Below are positions 20,611 to 30,160 of a DNA stretch of 64,000 nucleotides, piece after piece. The notes beneath the pieces were generated by a model. It was not told the origin of the DNA. It was given only the letters and a program-made list of their open reading frames with translations, and made no database searches. The position numbers were made by a program, and so were the translations under genes. The stretch's first letter is position 1. Every line of letters begins with the position of its first letter. This DNA comes from Clostridium sp. 26_22 (GTDB lineage Bacteria > Bacillota > Clostridia > TANB77 > CAG-508), in contig MNRP01000055.1 in NCBI GenBank assembly GCA_001916005.1, positions 123,298-187,297 on the forward strand, written 5' to 3'.

Positions 20611-21759
20611 GTGAAAATACAAAAGAAAATAATATTAATAATTATAATTGCAATAATATTTATTCCTAAAACAGTAAAGGCAGAAGATAATACAATTGAA
20701 ACACAAAAAGAAACTTTTGGTATAAATTCTTTTATCGAAAATTCAAAACAATATACAGGAGAATTTTTCGCAGATGCAGACATAAGTGAAATATTAAACT
20801 CAGCAATAAGTGGAAAAGTAGACAATTCAAAAATATATAAAAAAATATTAAACATATTGGGTACAGAAGTTCAAACAGGAATAAAATCCTTACTTAGTAT
20901 TCTAGCAATTATAATAATACATAGCATATTAAAATCAATAAGTGAAAGTTTAGAAAATGACAGTATTTCAAAACTAATCTATTATGTGCAATACATAGCA
21001 ATAGTAACAATAATAATGAGCAATTTTTCAGATGTGATAAATTTAGTAAAACAAACTTCAAATAATCTAATAGGATTTATGAATACATTAATACCAGTAT
21101 TAGTATCACTTATGTTATATACAGGAAGTATAACAACTACAAGCATACTAGAACCAATAATATTATTCTTAATAAATTTTATAGGAAATTTAATTCAAAA
21201 CATATTAATACCAATAATCTTAATAATTGCATCTATTAGCATAATATCAAAAATATCAGACCAAGTTCAAGTAGCAAAATTATCAAAATTCTTAAAATCC
21301 AGTACCTTGTGGTTTTTAGGAATAATTTTAACAATTTTTGTTGGAATAGTATCTTTAGAAGGAACACTTGCAAGCAGTGTAGATGGAATAACTGCGAAAA
21401 CCGCAAAATCAATTGTAAGTTCAGCAGTACCAGTAGTTGGAAAAATTTTAGGAGATGTAGTAGATAGTGTTCTAGGATGCGGAATTATCTTAAAAAATGC
21501 AGTAGGCTTTGTAGGAGTGGTAATAATAATCAGTATATGCATAGTGCCAATTTTAAAATTATCAGTATTAACAATCTCGTACAAGCTAGTAGCAAGCATA
21601 AGCGAAGTAATAGCAGATGCAAAAATAGTGAAATTATTAGATGAAATGGGAGATATATTTAAAATCTTATTAGGAATATTATTCACAATATTTTTTATGG
21701 TAATAATAGGAACAACCTTACTTATAAAAATGTCTAATACAGGAATGATGTACAGATAA
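20611..21759 (+). CDS. spoIIIAE: Stage III sporulation protein AE
   Basis: GTG start, signal peptide, 382-aa polytopic membrane protein typical of SpoIIIAE. Confidence 0.7.
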   Translation: MKIQKKIILIIIIAIIFIPKTVKAEDNTIETQKETFGINSFIENSKQYTGEFFADADISEILNSAISGKVDNSKIYKKILNILGTEVQTGIKSLLSILAIIIIHSILKSISESLENDSISKLIYYVQYIAIVTIIMSNFSDVINLVKQTSNNLIGFMNTLIPVLVSLMLYTGSITTTSILEPIILFLINFIGNLIQNILIPIILIIASISIISKISDQVQVAKLSKFLKSSTLWFLGIILTIFVGIVSLEGTLASSVDGITAKTAKSIVSSAVPVVGKILGDVVDSVLGCGIILKNAVGFVGVVIIISICIVPILKLSVLTISYKLVASISEVIADAKIVKLLDEMGDIFKILLGILFTIFFMVIIGTTLLIKMSNTGMMYR

Positions 21760-21769
21760 GGAGGAACAA

Positions 21770-22429
21770 GTGGTAAATTTTTTAAGTAGTTGGGTAAAAA
21801 ATTTAAGTTTAGCAATAATTGTAGTATCAATATTAGAAATGTTACTCCCTAATAATAAAACTAAAAAATACGTAAAAATGGTAATGGGATTATATATATT
21901 GTTTAGTATAATATCTCCTTTTATAAAAAATAGTGATAAGCTTAATTTTGAAAATATTGATGTTTCTTCATATATGAACGAAGAATTAGATACCAGTAAT
22001 GTAGAGGTTAATCAAGAATCAATGGACAAAAGATTAAAAGAAATTTATATAGAAGAATTAGAAAATGATATTACCAAAAAGTTAAAAGAAAAAGGCTATA
22101 CAATAGAATATTGCAAAGTTGATGCAAATATATCTCAAGAAAATAATGACTCAGGTATAAAAAAGATAACTTTAAAATTAGACAAAAAAGAAGAGACGAG
22201 AACAGATGAAAATTCCAAAGCTAATGAAAACACAACAGAAACAATAGAAAACAAAATTGTTTCTGAAATACAAAAAATTCAAAAAGTAGAGGTAAAAGTA
22301 GGAAACAATACAAAAGAAAACAGTACAGAAAATGAAAATTCGAAAATTACCAAAACAGACATTGAAAGTGTAAAAGAATTTTTAATAAGTGAATACGGGG
22401 TGAGCAAATCATGTTTAAAGATAAATTAA
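21770..22429 (+). CDS. spoIIIAF: Stage III sporulation protein AF
   Basis: N-terminal TM pair, then soluble domain. Operon position. Confidence 0.6.
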   Translation: MVNFLSSWVKNLSLAIIVVSILEMLLPNNKTKKYVKMVMGLYILFSIISPFIKNSDKLNFENIDVSSYMNEELDTSNVEVNQESMDKRLKEIYIEELENDITKKLKEKGYTIEYCKVDANISQENNDSGIKKITLKLDKKEETRTDENSKANENTTETIENKIVSEIQKIQKVEVKVGNNTKENSTENENSKITKTDIESVKEFLISEYGVSKSCLKIN

Positions 22430-23016
22430 AGAAAATAATTGACAGTAAAGAAGAAACAGAAGGAAACAACAAAAAGAAAATAGAAAACTTAGTATTTTTT
22501 GTTGTTATTTTAATAATAACAATTGTTATTATAAACTATGTATGGAATGGAAATAAAAAATCGAACAAAACAATTACCAACACAGCAGGTAGACAACTTG
22601 CAAATACAGATACAACTCAAACAGAAGAAAGCAATAATTTAGAAGAAAGATTAGAAAATATACTAGGAAAAATACAAGGAGTTGGAACTGTAAAAGTTTT
22701 TATAAATTACTCAGAATCAAGTCAAACAGTTGCAATGTATAATGAAAATTCAAAAACAAGCACAACAGAAGAAACAGATACTTCTGGGGGAACAAGAAAA
22801 GTTGAACAAACAGATTCAGACAAAGAAATTGTATACCAAGAAGAGAATGGAAAAAAAACACCAATAGTTCAAAAAACTTTACAACCCAAAATAGAAGGAG
22901 CAATTATAACAGCAAAAGGAGCATCAAATGTTAATGTAAAAACAAACATAATACAAGCCGTAGAAGCTGCAACAGGACTGGCTACACACAAAATTCAAGT
23001 TTTTGAAATGGAATAA
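22411..23016 (+). CDS. spoIIIAG: Stage III sporulation protein AG
   Basis: N-terminal TM, C-terminal ring-building domain. Overlaps the AF stop. Confidence 0.6.
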   Translation: MFKDKLKKIIDSKEETEGNNKKKIENLVFFVVILIITIVIINYVWNGNKKSNKTITNTAGRQLANTDTTQTEESNNLEERLENILGKIQGVGTVKVFINYSESSQTVAMYNENSKTSTTEETDTSGGTRKVEQTDSDKEIVYQEENGKKTPIVQKTLQPKIEGAIITAKGASNVNVKTNIIQAVEAATGLATHKIQVFEME

Positions 23017-23075
23017 TAAAATTTTCATAATTATATGTGACATTTGATTTAAGTAAGAAAGGAAAGTGATTTACT

Positions 23076-23738
23076 ATGAAATTATTTAAAAAAAATCAAG
23101 TAATAATCTATGTTATTGCTTTAATGCTAGTAACAGCAGGATATTTAAACTATACAACTAATGAAAATTCAAACACTATAATACCAACAAGTGGGACAGA
23201 AGATGAATTAGCACAAATGGCAAATATTGGAGATGCCCAATTAGTTAGTAGTAATGATATTGTAAATGAAACAGAAAATAAATCTAATAATAATGTGATA
23301 AATAATACAATCAATAATCCAACAAACGCTAAAGAAGAAAACACTAATAAAACAGTAACCACAAGTTCTAATGTGGGGAAAACATCAAACAGTAGTGATT
23401 ATTTTAAAACATCAAAACTAGAAAGAGACACAATGTATTCGCAAATGATAGAAACATACGAAAAAGTTTTAAACAGTGATAATTCACTAGAAACACAAAA
23501 ACAATCAGCAACAGATGAAATAAAAAAAATAAACGATACTAAAAATAGTATAATGATATGTGAAAATCTTATACAAACAAAAGGCTTCGAAAATAGTGTT
23601 GTATTTGTAAATGGGGAAAGTGTTAGCGTTATAATAGAGGCTAGTGAATTAAGTAAAGAACAAGTTGCACAAATTCAAAATATTATTTCAAGAGAAATGA
23701 ATGCAAAGGCTGAAAATATACATATTTCTAACAAATAG
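23076..23738 (+). CDS. spoIIIAH: Stage III sporulation protein AH
   Basis: N-terminal TM, Asn/Thr-rich linker, C-terminal YscJ/FliF-like domain. Operon position. Confidence 0.6.
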   Translation: MKLFKKNQVIIYVIALMLVTAGYLNYTTNENSNTIIPTSGTEDELAQMANIGDAQLVSSNDIVNETENKSNNNVINNTINNPTNAKEENTNKTVTTSSNVGKTSNSSDYFKTSKLERDTMYSQMIETYEKVLNSDNSLETQKQSATDEIKKINDTKNSIMICENLIQTKGFENSVVFVNGESVSVIIEASELSKEQVAQIQNIISREMNAKAENIHISNK

Positions 23739-23762
23739 AATAAAAAAAATAATAGATAATGA

Positions 23763-23969
23763 TTAAGCAATATTTTCTGTGAGAATTTTAATGTAAGCTC
23801 CAATTTCTTCGTTAGTCAAACCTAACTCATCAATCAACTTCTTTAAAATATCTCTCCTAGGAAATGCTTTTTCATTATCTATTCTTACATATTGTCTTAA
23901 ACTTATACCCAGTTTTTCTGACATTTGCTCTTGTGTCAGATGCATGGAATTTCTTTTTTCTTTTATCAT
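23763..23969 (-). CDS. XRE-family helix-turn-helix transcriptional regulator (68 aa)
   Basis: HTH MHLTQEQMSEKLGISLRQYVRIDNEKAFP. Confidence 0.7.
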   Translation of the reverse strand: MIKEKRNSMHLTQEQMSEKLGISLRQYVRIDNEKAFPRRDILKKLIDELGLTNEEIGAYIKILTENIA

Positions 23970-24113
23970 AAAATCACCTTATATTTTTTTGAAATTTTAT
24001 ATATAAATTATCATAAAATTAAACTAAATTATATTGACTTTTTATGTCATATTAGTGTATTATTAATGTGACAAATAACGACACGTTTGAAACACAAAGG
24101 AGGAAGGTTTTTA

Positions 24114-25301
24114 ATGAAAAAAATTAAGAAAGAATATGGAATTACGTTGGTTGCATTGGTTATAACAATAATTATTTTATTGATTTTGGCAGGAGTTGCA
24201 ATAAATGCACTAACTCAAACAGGATTATTTGAAAATGCAAAACAGTCAAAAAATACAACAGAAAATGCACAAAAAGATGAAAATAAAACATTAGGAGAAT
24301 ATAGTAGTAAAATAAATGAATATGTTAGTGGAACATCAAGAGATGAAGCTTCATCAGAAGTTTTTAAAAAGATTGAAGAAACATCAACGGTAAACACATA
24401 TAGTTATACAGGAAGTGAACAAGAATATACAGTACCGGAAGATGGGTACTATAAAATAGAATGTTGGGGAGCTCAAGGAGGAACTTATTCAAAAGCTATA
24501 GGAGGAAAAGGTGCTTATACAAAAGGAATTATTAAACTAACTAAAGGAGAAAAATTGTATATATATGTTGGTGAATGTTATAATGGAGCAAAAGAGACAA
24601 TGTGTTATAATGGAGGTGGATCTGGAGGTTACAGTACAGTCGGAATAGAAACCGGAACTAATGGCGGAGGAGCAACGGATATTAGATTATTAAATGGAAA
24701 TTGGAATGATTTTGAATCTTTAAAAAGTAGAATAATGGTAGCAGGAGGAGGCGGAGGTTCATATAGTAGAACTTCACATTCTGATTATAGTGATGGTGGA
24801 CAAGGCGGTGCTTTAATAGGAATGGATGGAAATATATATAGTGAAGTTACCGAGAAAAAGTTAAAACCAGCAACTGGAGCGACACAAATTGCAGGTGGAA
24901 GTAATAGTGATAGTAGTTTGCCAAATAATTATACTGGATTGTTTGGAAGTGGAGGATATGCAGAATTTAGTAGAGAATGGAATTCACGTTCCGGAGGTGG
25001 CGGAGGCTATTACGGAGGCGGAGCTGGAGTTTGGGGAAAAGGAGAGGTGTCTTCAGGCTCAGGAGGTTCATCATATATTTCAGGATATGATGGATGTAAC
25101 TCAATAGCAGAGTCATCAACAGAGGAAAACATAATACACACAGGAAATATTATACATTATTCAGGAAAATACTTTTTATATACAAGAATGGAATCAGGAA
25201 GAAATTATATGCCATCTCCAAGTGATACAACAACAGAAGTACAAGGTAACTCTGGAAATGGTTATGCCAAAATAACAAAAATGAAAGTAGAAAATTTTTA
25301 A
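24114..25301 (+). CDS. Secreted or cell-surface glycine-rich-domain protein with pilin-like (class III signal-like) N-terminus
   Basis: Ribosome-binding site AAGGAGG. N-terminus KKEYGITLVALVITIIILLILAGVAINAL resembles a prepilin leader but lacks Glu5. Gly-rich beta-solenoid-like repeats (GAQGGTYSKAIGGKGAYTKG, GGGSGGYS, GGGGGSYS, GGGGGYYGGGAG). Confidence 0.5.
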   Translation: MKKIKKEYGITLVALVITIIILLILAGVAINALTQTGLFENAKQSKNTTENAQKDENKTLGEYSSKINEYVSGTSRDEASSEVFKKIEETSTVNTYSYTGSEQEYTVPEDGYYKIECWGAQGGTYSKAIGGKGAYTKGIIKLTKGEKLYIYVGECYNGAKETMCYNGGGSGGYSTVGIETGTNGGGATDIRLLNGNWNDFESLKSRIMVAGGGGGSYSRTSHSDYSDGGQGGALIGMDGNIYSEVTEKKLKPATGATQIAGGSNSDSSLPNNYTGLFGSGGYAEFSREWNSRSGGGGGYYGGGAGVWGKGEVSSGSGGSSYISGYDGCNSIAESSTEENIIHTGNIIHYSGKYFLYTRMESGRNYMPSPSDTTTEVQGNSGNGYAKITKMKVENF

Positions 25302-25327
25302 GCACGAAATTTGTCGAACGATTTATG

Positions 25328-25356
25328 TTGAAAAGCAATAGAAAATATGATAATAT
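25328..25356 (+). promoter_or_regulatory. Promoter-like TTGAAA-N17-TAATAT followed by a hairpin (25362-25390)
   Basis: The spacer and -10 (AAAATATGATAATATAA) are identical to the promoter at 56712-56740. Confidence 0.35.
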
Positions 25357-25579
25357 AAGACTGTACATTATTTGTCAATGTATAGTCTTATAAATTTTTA
25401 AATCAAAACAACTTAGGAAAGACAAAAATAAATCTAAAAAAATCCCATAAATATTATAGAAAAATAGGAAAAAAGGAGGTTAATAAAAAAATAATTAAAA
25501 GAATTATAAAAAAATATAAAATTTACCACAGAAAAAACATTGACAAATAAATAAAACATAATTATAATAAAGAAGATGA

Positions 25580-25807
25580 AGTAATATAGAAATTTTTACT
25601 TATGGAGACTATCTGAAATATAAAGATATTTTTAAAAATCCTAAAATATCACAATTATCAGACCAAAAAGAAAGCTACAATATAACAAACAGACATGACA
25701 AAATATTTAGAACAATATTAGATAAAAAAGAAGAAGCGGTAGCCTTAATAAATCAAGCAATAAAAACAAAATTAACAGAAGAAGAAATAGAAAAAATAAA
25801 AATATAA
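25580..25807 (+). pseudogene. N-terminal fragment of an Rpn/YhgA-like PD-(D/E)XK putative transposase (no start codon; ~75 codons then stop)
   Basis: Translated frame gives ...SYNITNRHDKIFRTILDKKEEAVALINQAIK, matching the conserved HDxxFKxxF N-terminal motif of that family. Followed by a terminator hairpin at 25812-25850. Confidence 0.35.
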
Positions 25808-25894
25808 AAAACAAAGTACAAGTTTTTTCGAAAAATACTTGTACTTTTTTCAATTTATATATATAATAAACAACAGAAAAAATGGAGGTAGAAA

Positions 25895-26899
25895 ATGAAC
25901 TTTATAGAAAATATAAAAAACAGAGCAAAACAAGAAATAAAAACAATAGTGCTTCCTGAAGCAGAAGACTTACGAACACTAAAAGCAACACAAATAGCAT
26001 TAAAAGAAAAATATGCCAACATTGTTTTAGTTGGAAATGAAGAAATAATCAAACAAAAAGCACAAGAAAACAATGTAAATATAGAGGGAGCAACAATAAT
26101 AAATCCACAAACATCAGAAAATTATGAAAAATATGCACAACTATTATATGAACTAAGAAAAAATAAAGGAATGACAATAGAACAAGCAAAAGAACTTGTA
26201 CTAAATCCAGTATACTTTGGAATGCTTATGGTAAAAGATGAAGAAACAAAAGCAGATGGTTTAGTTTCAGGAGCTGTACATTCAACAGCAGATACTTTAA
26301 GACCAGCTTTACAAATACTAAAAACAGCGCCAGATACAAAATTAGTATCAGCATTTTTTGTAATGGTAGTTCCAGATTGCGAATATGGAGAGAATGGAAC
26401 ATTTATATTTGGAGATGCGGGATTAAATGAAAATCCCAATCCAGACCAATTATCAGAAATTGCAATATCATCAAGTAAAAGTTTTACACAATTAGTACAA
26501 AAAGAACCAAAAATTGCAATGTTATCATATTCAAGCCATGGAAGTGCACATTCTGAATTAACAGAAAAAGTAATAGAAGCAACAAAATTATTAAAAGAAA
26601 AAGAACCAAATTTAATAGCAGATGGAGAATTACAATTAGATGCTGCAATCATCCCGGAAGTTGCGGCTTCAAAAGCACCAACAAGTCCATTAAAAGGAGA
26701 AGCAAATGTATTAATATTCCCTAACTTAGATGCAGGAAACATTGGTTATAAATTAGTACAAAGACTAGGAAAAGCAGAAGCATATGGACCATTATGCCAA
26801 GGAATTGCAAAACCAGTTAATGATTTATCAAGAGGATGTAGTGCCGAAGATATAGCAGGAGTTATTGCTATAACAGCAGTACAAGCTCAAAATAAATAA
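25895..26899 (+). CDS. pta: Phosphate acetyltransferase
   Basis: Full-length similarity pattern to Pta (VLPEAEDLRTLKA, SGAVHSTADTLRP, GDAGLNENP). Confidence 0.9.
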   Translation: MNFIENIKNRAKQEIKTIVLPEAEDLRTLKATQIALKEKYANIVLVGNEEIIKQKAQENNVNIEGATIINPQTSENYEKYAQLLYELRKNKGMTIEQAKELVLNPVYFGMLMVKDEETKADGLVSGAVHSTADTLRPALQILKTAPDTKLVSAFFVMVVPDCEYGENGTFIFGDAGLNENPNPDQLSEIAISSSKSFTQLVQKEPKIAMLSYSSHGSAHSELTEKVIEATKLLKEKEPNLIADGELQLDAAIIPEVAASKAPTSPLKGEANVLIFPNLDAGNIGYKLVQRLGKAEAYGPLCQGIAKPVNDLSRGCSAEDIAGVIAITAVQAQNK

Positions 26900-26927
26900 A
26901 TTAAATAAATTTAAAGGAGAGTAAAAA

Positions 26928-28118
26928 ATGAAGGTATTAGTATTAAACTGTGGTAGTTCGTCACTAAAATATCAATTAATCAATATGGAAACAGATGAAG
27001 TTATGGCATCTGGAAAATACGAAAGAATAGGAGAAGAAGAAGCATTTATTACACATAAAGCAAAAGGTAAAAAAGTAGAAATTCAAAATCCAGCATATGA
27101 TCATGCAGAAGCAATAGATTTTACTTTAAAACAATTCACAAATCCAGAATATCAAGTTATAGAAAGCTTAGATGAAATCAATGCAATAGGACATAGAGTT
27201 GTTCACGGAGGAGAAATCTTCAAAGAATCAGCAATAATTGATGATGAAGCAATAGAAAATATTAAAAAATGTGGTGAATTTGCACCATTACACAATCCAG
27301 CAGCAGTTTTAGGAATGGAAGCTTGCAAAAAAGTTATGCCAGGAAAACCAATGGTAGCAGTATTCGATACAACTTTCCACCAAACAATGCCAAAAGAAAA
27401 ATATGTATATCCAATACCATATAAATATTACGAAAAATACGGAGTAAGAAAATACGGAGCACATGGAACATCTCATTTATACGTATCACAAAGACTTGCA
27501 GAAATAGAAAATAAATCTTTAGAAGGAACAAAAATAGTAACTTGCCACTTAGGACAAGGTTCAAGTATATGTGCAATAAAAGATGGAAAATCATTAGATA
27601 CAAGTATGGGACTTACACCACTTGGAGGATTACCAATGGTTACAAGAAGCGGAGACTTAGACCCATCAGTAGTTACATATTTAATGAAAAAAGAAAATTT
27701 AAGTGCACAAGAAATGGAAGACATTTTGAATAAAGAATCTGGACTTTCAGGAATGTCAAACTTAAAACCTGATTTCAGAGTAATAGAAAACACATCTGTA
27801 GAAGGACAACCAGATGCATTAATGGCAGTAGAAACATTCAACTATTCAATAGCAAGCTACATTGCAAAATATGCAGTTGCAATGAATGGAGTTGACTACA
27901 TAATATTTACAGGTGGAATTGGAGAAAACCAAATAAATATCCGTAAAGGAATTTGTGAAAAATTAGCATTTATGGGAGTAAAAATAGACTTAGATGAAAA
28001 CAATATGAGAGGGGAAGAAAAAGTTATTTCTACACCAGACTCAACAGTTAAAGTATATGTAATTCCTACAAACGAAGAATTAATGATAGCAAAAGAAACA
28101 TTAAGATTAGTAAAATAA
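26928..28118 (+). CDS. ackA: Acetate kinase
   Basis: N-terminal VLVLNCGSSSLKYQL and the HLGQGSS and GGIGEN motifs. Confidence 0.95.
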   Translation: MKVLVLNCGSSSLKYQLINMETDEVMASGKYERIGEEEAFITHKAKGKKVEIQNPAYDHAEAIDFTLKQFTNPEYQVIESLDEINAIGHRVVHGGEIFKESAIIDDEAIENIKKCGEFAPLHNPAAVLGMEACKKVMPGKPMVAVFDTTFHQTMPKEKYVYPIPYKYYEKYGVRKYGAHGTSHLYVSQRLAEIENKSLEGTKIVTCHLGQGSSICAIKDGKSLDTSMGLTPLGGLPMVTRSGDLDPSVVTYLMKKENLSAQEMEDILNKESGLSGMSNLKPDFRVIENTSVEGQPDALMAVETFNYSIASYIAKYAVAMNGVDYIIFTGGIGENQINIRKGICEKLAFMGVKIDLDENNMRGEEKVISTPDSTVKVYVIPTNEELMIAKETLRLVK

Positions 28119-28120
28119 AA

Positions 28121-28180
28121 TGTCAAAAAAGACCGTCCCATCTGACAGAAATGTCAAACGGGACGGCCTTTTTTGACAGA
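28121..28180. terminator. Bidirectional terminator-like inverted pair of the palindromic repeat unit (TGTCAAAAAAGACCGTCCCA ... GGGACGGCCTTTTTTGACA)
   Basis: 19-bp arms, 18/19 complementary, with T-runs on both strands. Lies between convergent ackA and the - strand ORF. Confidence 0.6.
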
Positions 28181-28259
28181 AATAAAAACAAAACAGATAT
28201 AATTGAAATAAATTCAAATTATATCTGTTTTGCTGTTGTGTTTAAATTGAGTTTTTTAG

Positions 28260-28700
28260 TTATTGAAGATATAAATTTTCGAAAATTTCTAATAATCTTT
28301 TATTAACCTTTCCTTGAAAGATAATCAAAGAATAGTAATAATATAGAAAATTTTCATGCCGGCTAATATAAGATGATATTAATAAATCATTGTCTAAAAT
28401 CCAAATTATTGATTTAGCAAAATTACATTTATTACTTTTAGATAAACAGCTAATTGCATCAATAAGAACACTTTTCTTAATAAGAGAATACAATTTACTT
28501 ATAATATCAGCTTCTGTAATATGAAATTTTGTAAATAAAATGTTTTCGGATCCTTCCTGAAATTGATTGTAAACGTTATGTGCAGCAGTTTCAATTTCTG
28601 TGGAATGATTTTTTAATAAATACTTATAATGCTTAAGTATCTTCTTGTTAGACCCCAATATTGAGTTGATAAATGATTCGGAAAACTCTAATTTTAACAT
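28260..28700 (-). CDS. Orphan hypothetical protein (146 aa) on the opposite strand
   Basis: AGGAGG ribosome-binding site with 6-nt spacing to the ATG at 28700. A small hairpin (TGGAGGGTAAAACCTCCA) lies immediately upstream. No recognisable domain. Confidence 0.4.
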   Translation of the reverse strand: MLKLEFSESFINSILGSNKKILKHYKYLLKNHSTEIETAAHNVYNQFQEGSENILFTKFHITEADIISKLYSLIKKSVLIDAISCLSKSNKCNFAKSIIWILDNDLLISSYISRHENFLYYYYSLIIFQGKVNKRLLEIFENLYLQ

Positions 28701-28910
28701 AGCTAACCTCCTAAAATTTCTGGAGGTTTTACCCTCCAAGCCTATAATTAATAGTTACTAAGAGAGTATTACTATAAAATATGAGTTTATTATAGCACTT
28801 GTTTTTTTATATATCAACATATTTTATAAAATAAAACTGAAAATAAACATTGCAAAAAAATACAAAAAAGTGTAAAATAAAACCGGAAAAATCAAAAAAG
28901 GAGATAAAAA

Positions 28911-29921
28911 ATGGAAAACACAGTAGCAGTAGATATCTTACTAACAACTTATAACACAAATATAGAATACTTAAAACTTCAACTAGATAGCATACTAAAT
29001 CAAACCTATAAAAACTTCACACTTATAATCTCAGATGACTGTTCAACAAAACAAGAAGTAAAAGAAGTTTTACAAGAATATGCCAAAAAAGACAATAGAA
29101 TAAAACTATATTTTCAACCACAAAATCTAGGTTATACAAAAAATTTTGAATTTGTCTTAGCACAATCAACAGCAGATTATATAGCTTTTAGTGACCATGA
29201 CGATATATGGTATCTAAACAAAATAGAAGAAAGCTTAAAAACACTAAAAGAAAAAAATGTAGACCTAGTCTACTGTGATGCAAACCAAATTGATGAAAAA
29301 GGCAATATATTACATGAGAGTTATTTAAGATACAAAAATATGCCAATAATAAACGAAAAAAATAACAGTAAAAAGGAAATACTAGCATTTTCAAGACATA
29401 TAGCTATTGGATGTAGCCAGATATTTACAAAAGAAGTAAAAGAAAAACTAATACCATTCACTCCAAGCACAATGGCACATGACTGGAACACAGTCTACAT
29501 AGCATCCAAAATGAAAGGAATTTATTGCTTAGATAAACCACTATTTGGTTATAGACTACACGGAAACAATGCATTTGGAGGAAGAAACTTCAAACAAAAT
29601 GTACATATATGGAAACAAAAAGAAGGAAACAACTATAAATCATATTTAAAATATAGACACCATGCAATAACAGATACATATCTAGCAGGAGTGCTAATGT
29701 GTGAAGAATATTCAAAAAGAATAGAAAACAATAATCTAAAAAAACAAGAAAATGAAGTAATAAAATACTTTAAAAATGCACAAAAACACAAAATGATATA
29801 TTTACCAATACACAAATATTTTAAATACCTATCATTCAAAGGAATACAAAAAAGAGCAATAAAAGAAATTATGATACTACACTTCCCACTAATAGGGTAC
29901 ATGATATTCTCAATAATATAG
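28911..29921 (+). CDS. Family 2 glycosyltransferase (rhamnosyltransferase-like)
   Basis: N-terminal GT2 fold LLTTYNTNIEYLKLQLDSILNQTYKNFTLIISDDCS, then DHDD. Confidence 0.8.
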   Translation: MENTVAVDILLTTYNTNIEYLKLQLDSILNQTYKNFTLIISDDCSTKQEVKEVLQEYAKKDNRIKLYFQPQNLGYTKNFEFVLAQSTADYIAFSDHDDIWYLNKIEESLKTLKEKNVDLVYCDANQIDEKGNILHESYLRYKNMPIINEKNNSKKEILAFSRHIAIGCSQIFTKEVKEKLIPFTPSTMAHDWNTVYIASKMKGIYCLDKPLFGYRLHGNNAFGGRNFKQNVHIWKQKEGNNYKSYLKYRHHAITDTYLAGVLMCEEYSKRIENNNLKKQENEVIKYFKNAQKHKMIYLPIHKYFKYLSFKGIQKRAIKEIMILHFPLIGYMIFSII

Positions 29922-29926
29922 AAACA

Positions 29927-30160
29927 AAAAAATATCTTTATGGTTATGGGAATTGAAGGTGTACAAATAAATATTTTTGAGTGCGACCGAAATAATTTTA
30001 GAAATTCTTAATTAATTTTTAGGGGAATGTTCACGTCGAGCGTCAGCGAGGACTAAGTGAAAGGGACCCAAAAAATCAATTTAGAAATTCTTAAATTATG
30101 AAGCAAGCCGAAAAAATATTTATTTGTACACCTTCCATTTCCATAACCCTAAAGATATTT
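29927..30160. repeat. MITE-like element: ~52-bp terminal inverted repeats (48/52 matched) flanking a ~130-bp core with internal direct repeats and a GC-rich centre
   Basis: Left arm AAAAAATATCTTTATGGTTATGGGAATTGAAGGTGTACAAATAAATATTTTTG. Right arm is its reverse complement, CGAAAAAATATTTATTTGTACACCTTCCATTTCCATAACCCTAAAGATATTTTTT. Internal direct repeat AATTTTAGAAATTCTTAATTAA / AATTTAGAAATTCTTAAATTA. Confidence 0.5.

Noticed and set aside
24889-25107. 72-aa ORF overlapping the glycine-rich protein gene
   Set aside because: Alternate-frame reading of the Gly-codon-rich region; no ribosome-binding site.
24114-25301. Pilin-like N-terminus taken as evidence of a type IV pilus or competence pseudopilus operon
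   Set aside because: No PilB/PilC/PilD/ComG-type assembly genes nearby and Glu5 is absent. Treated as a single secreted Gly-rich protein.
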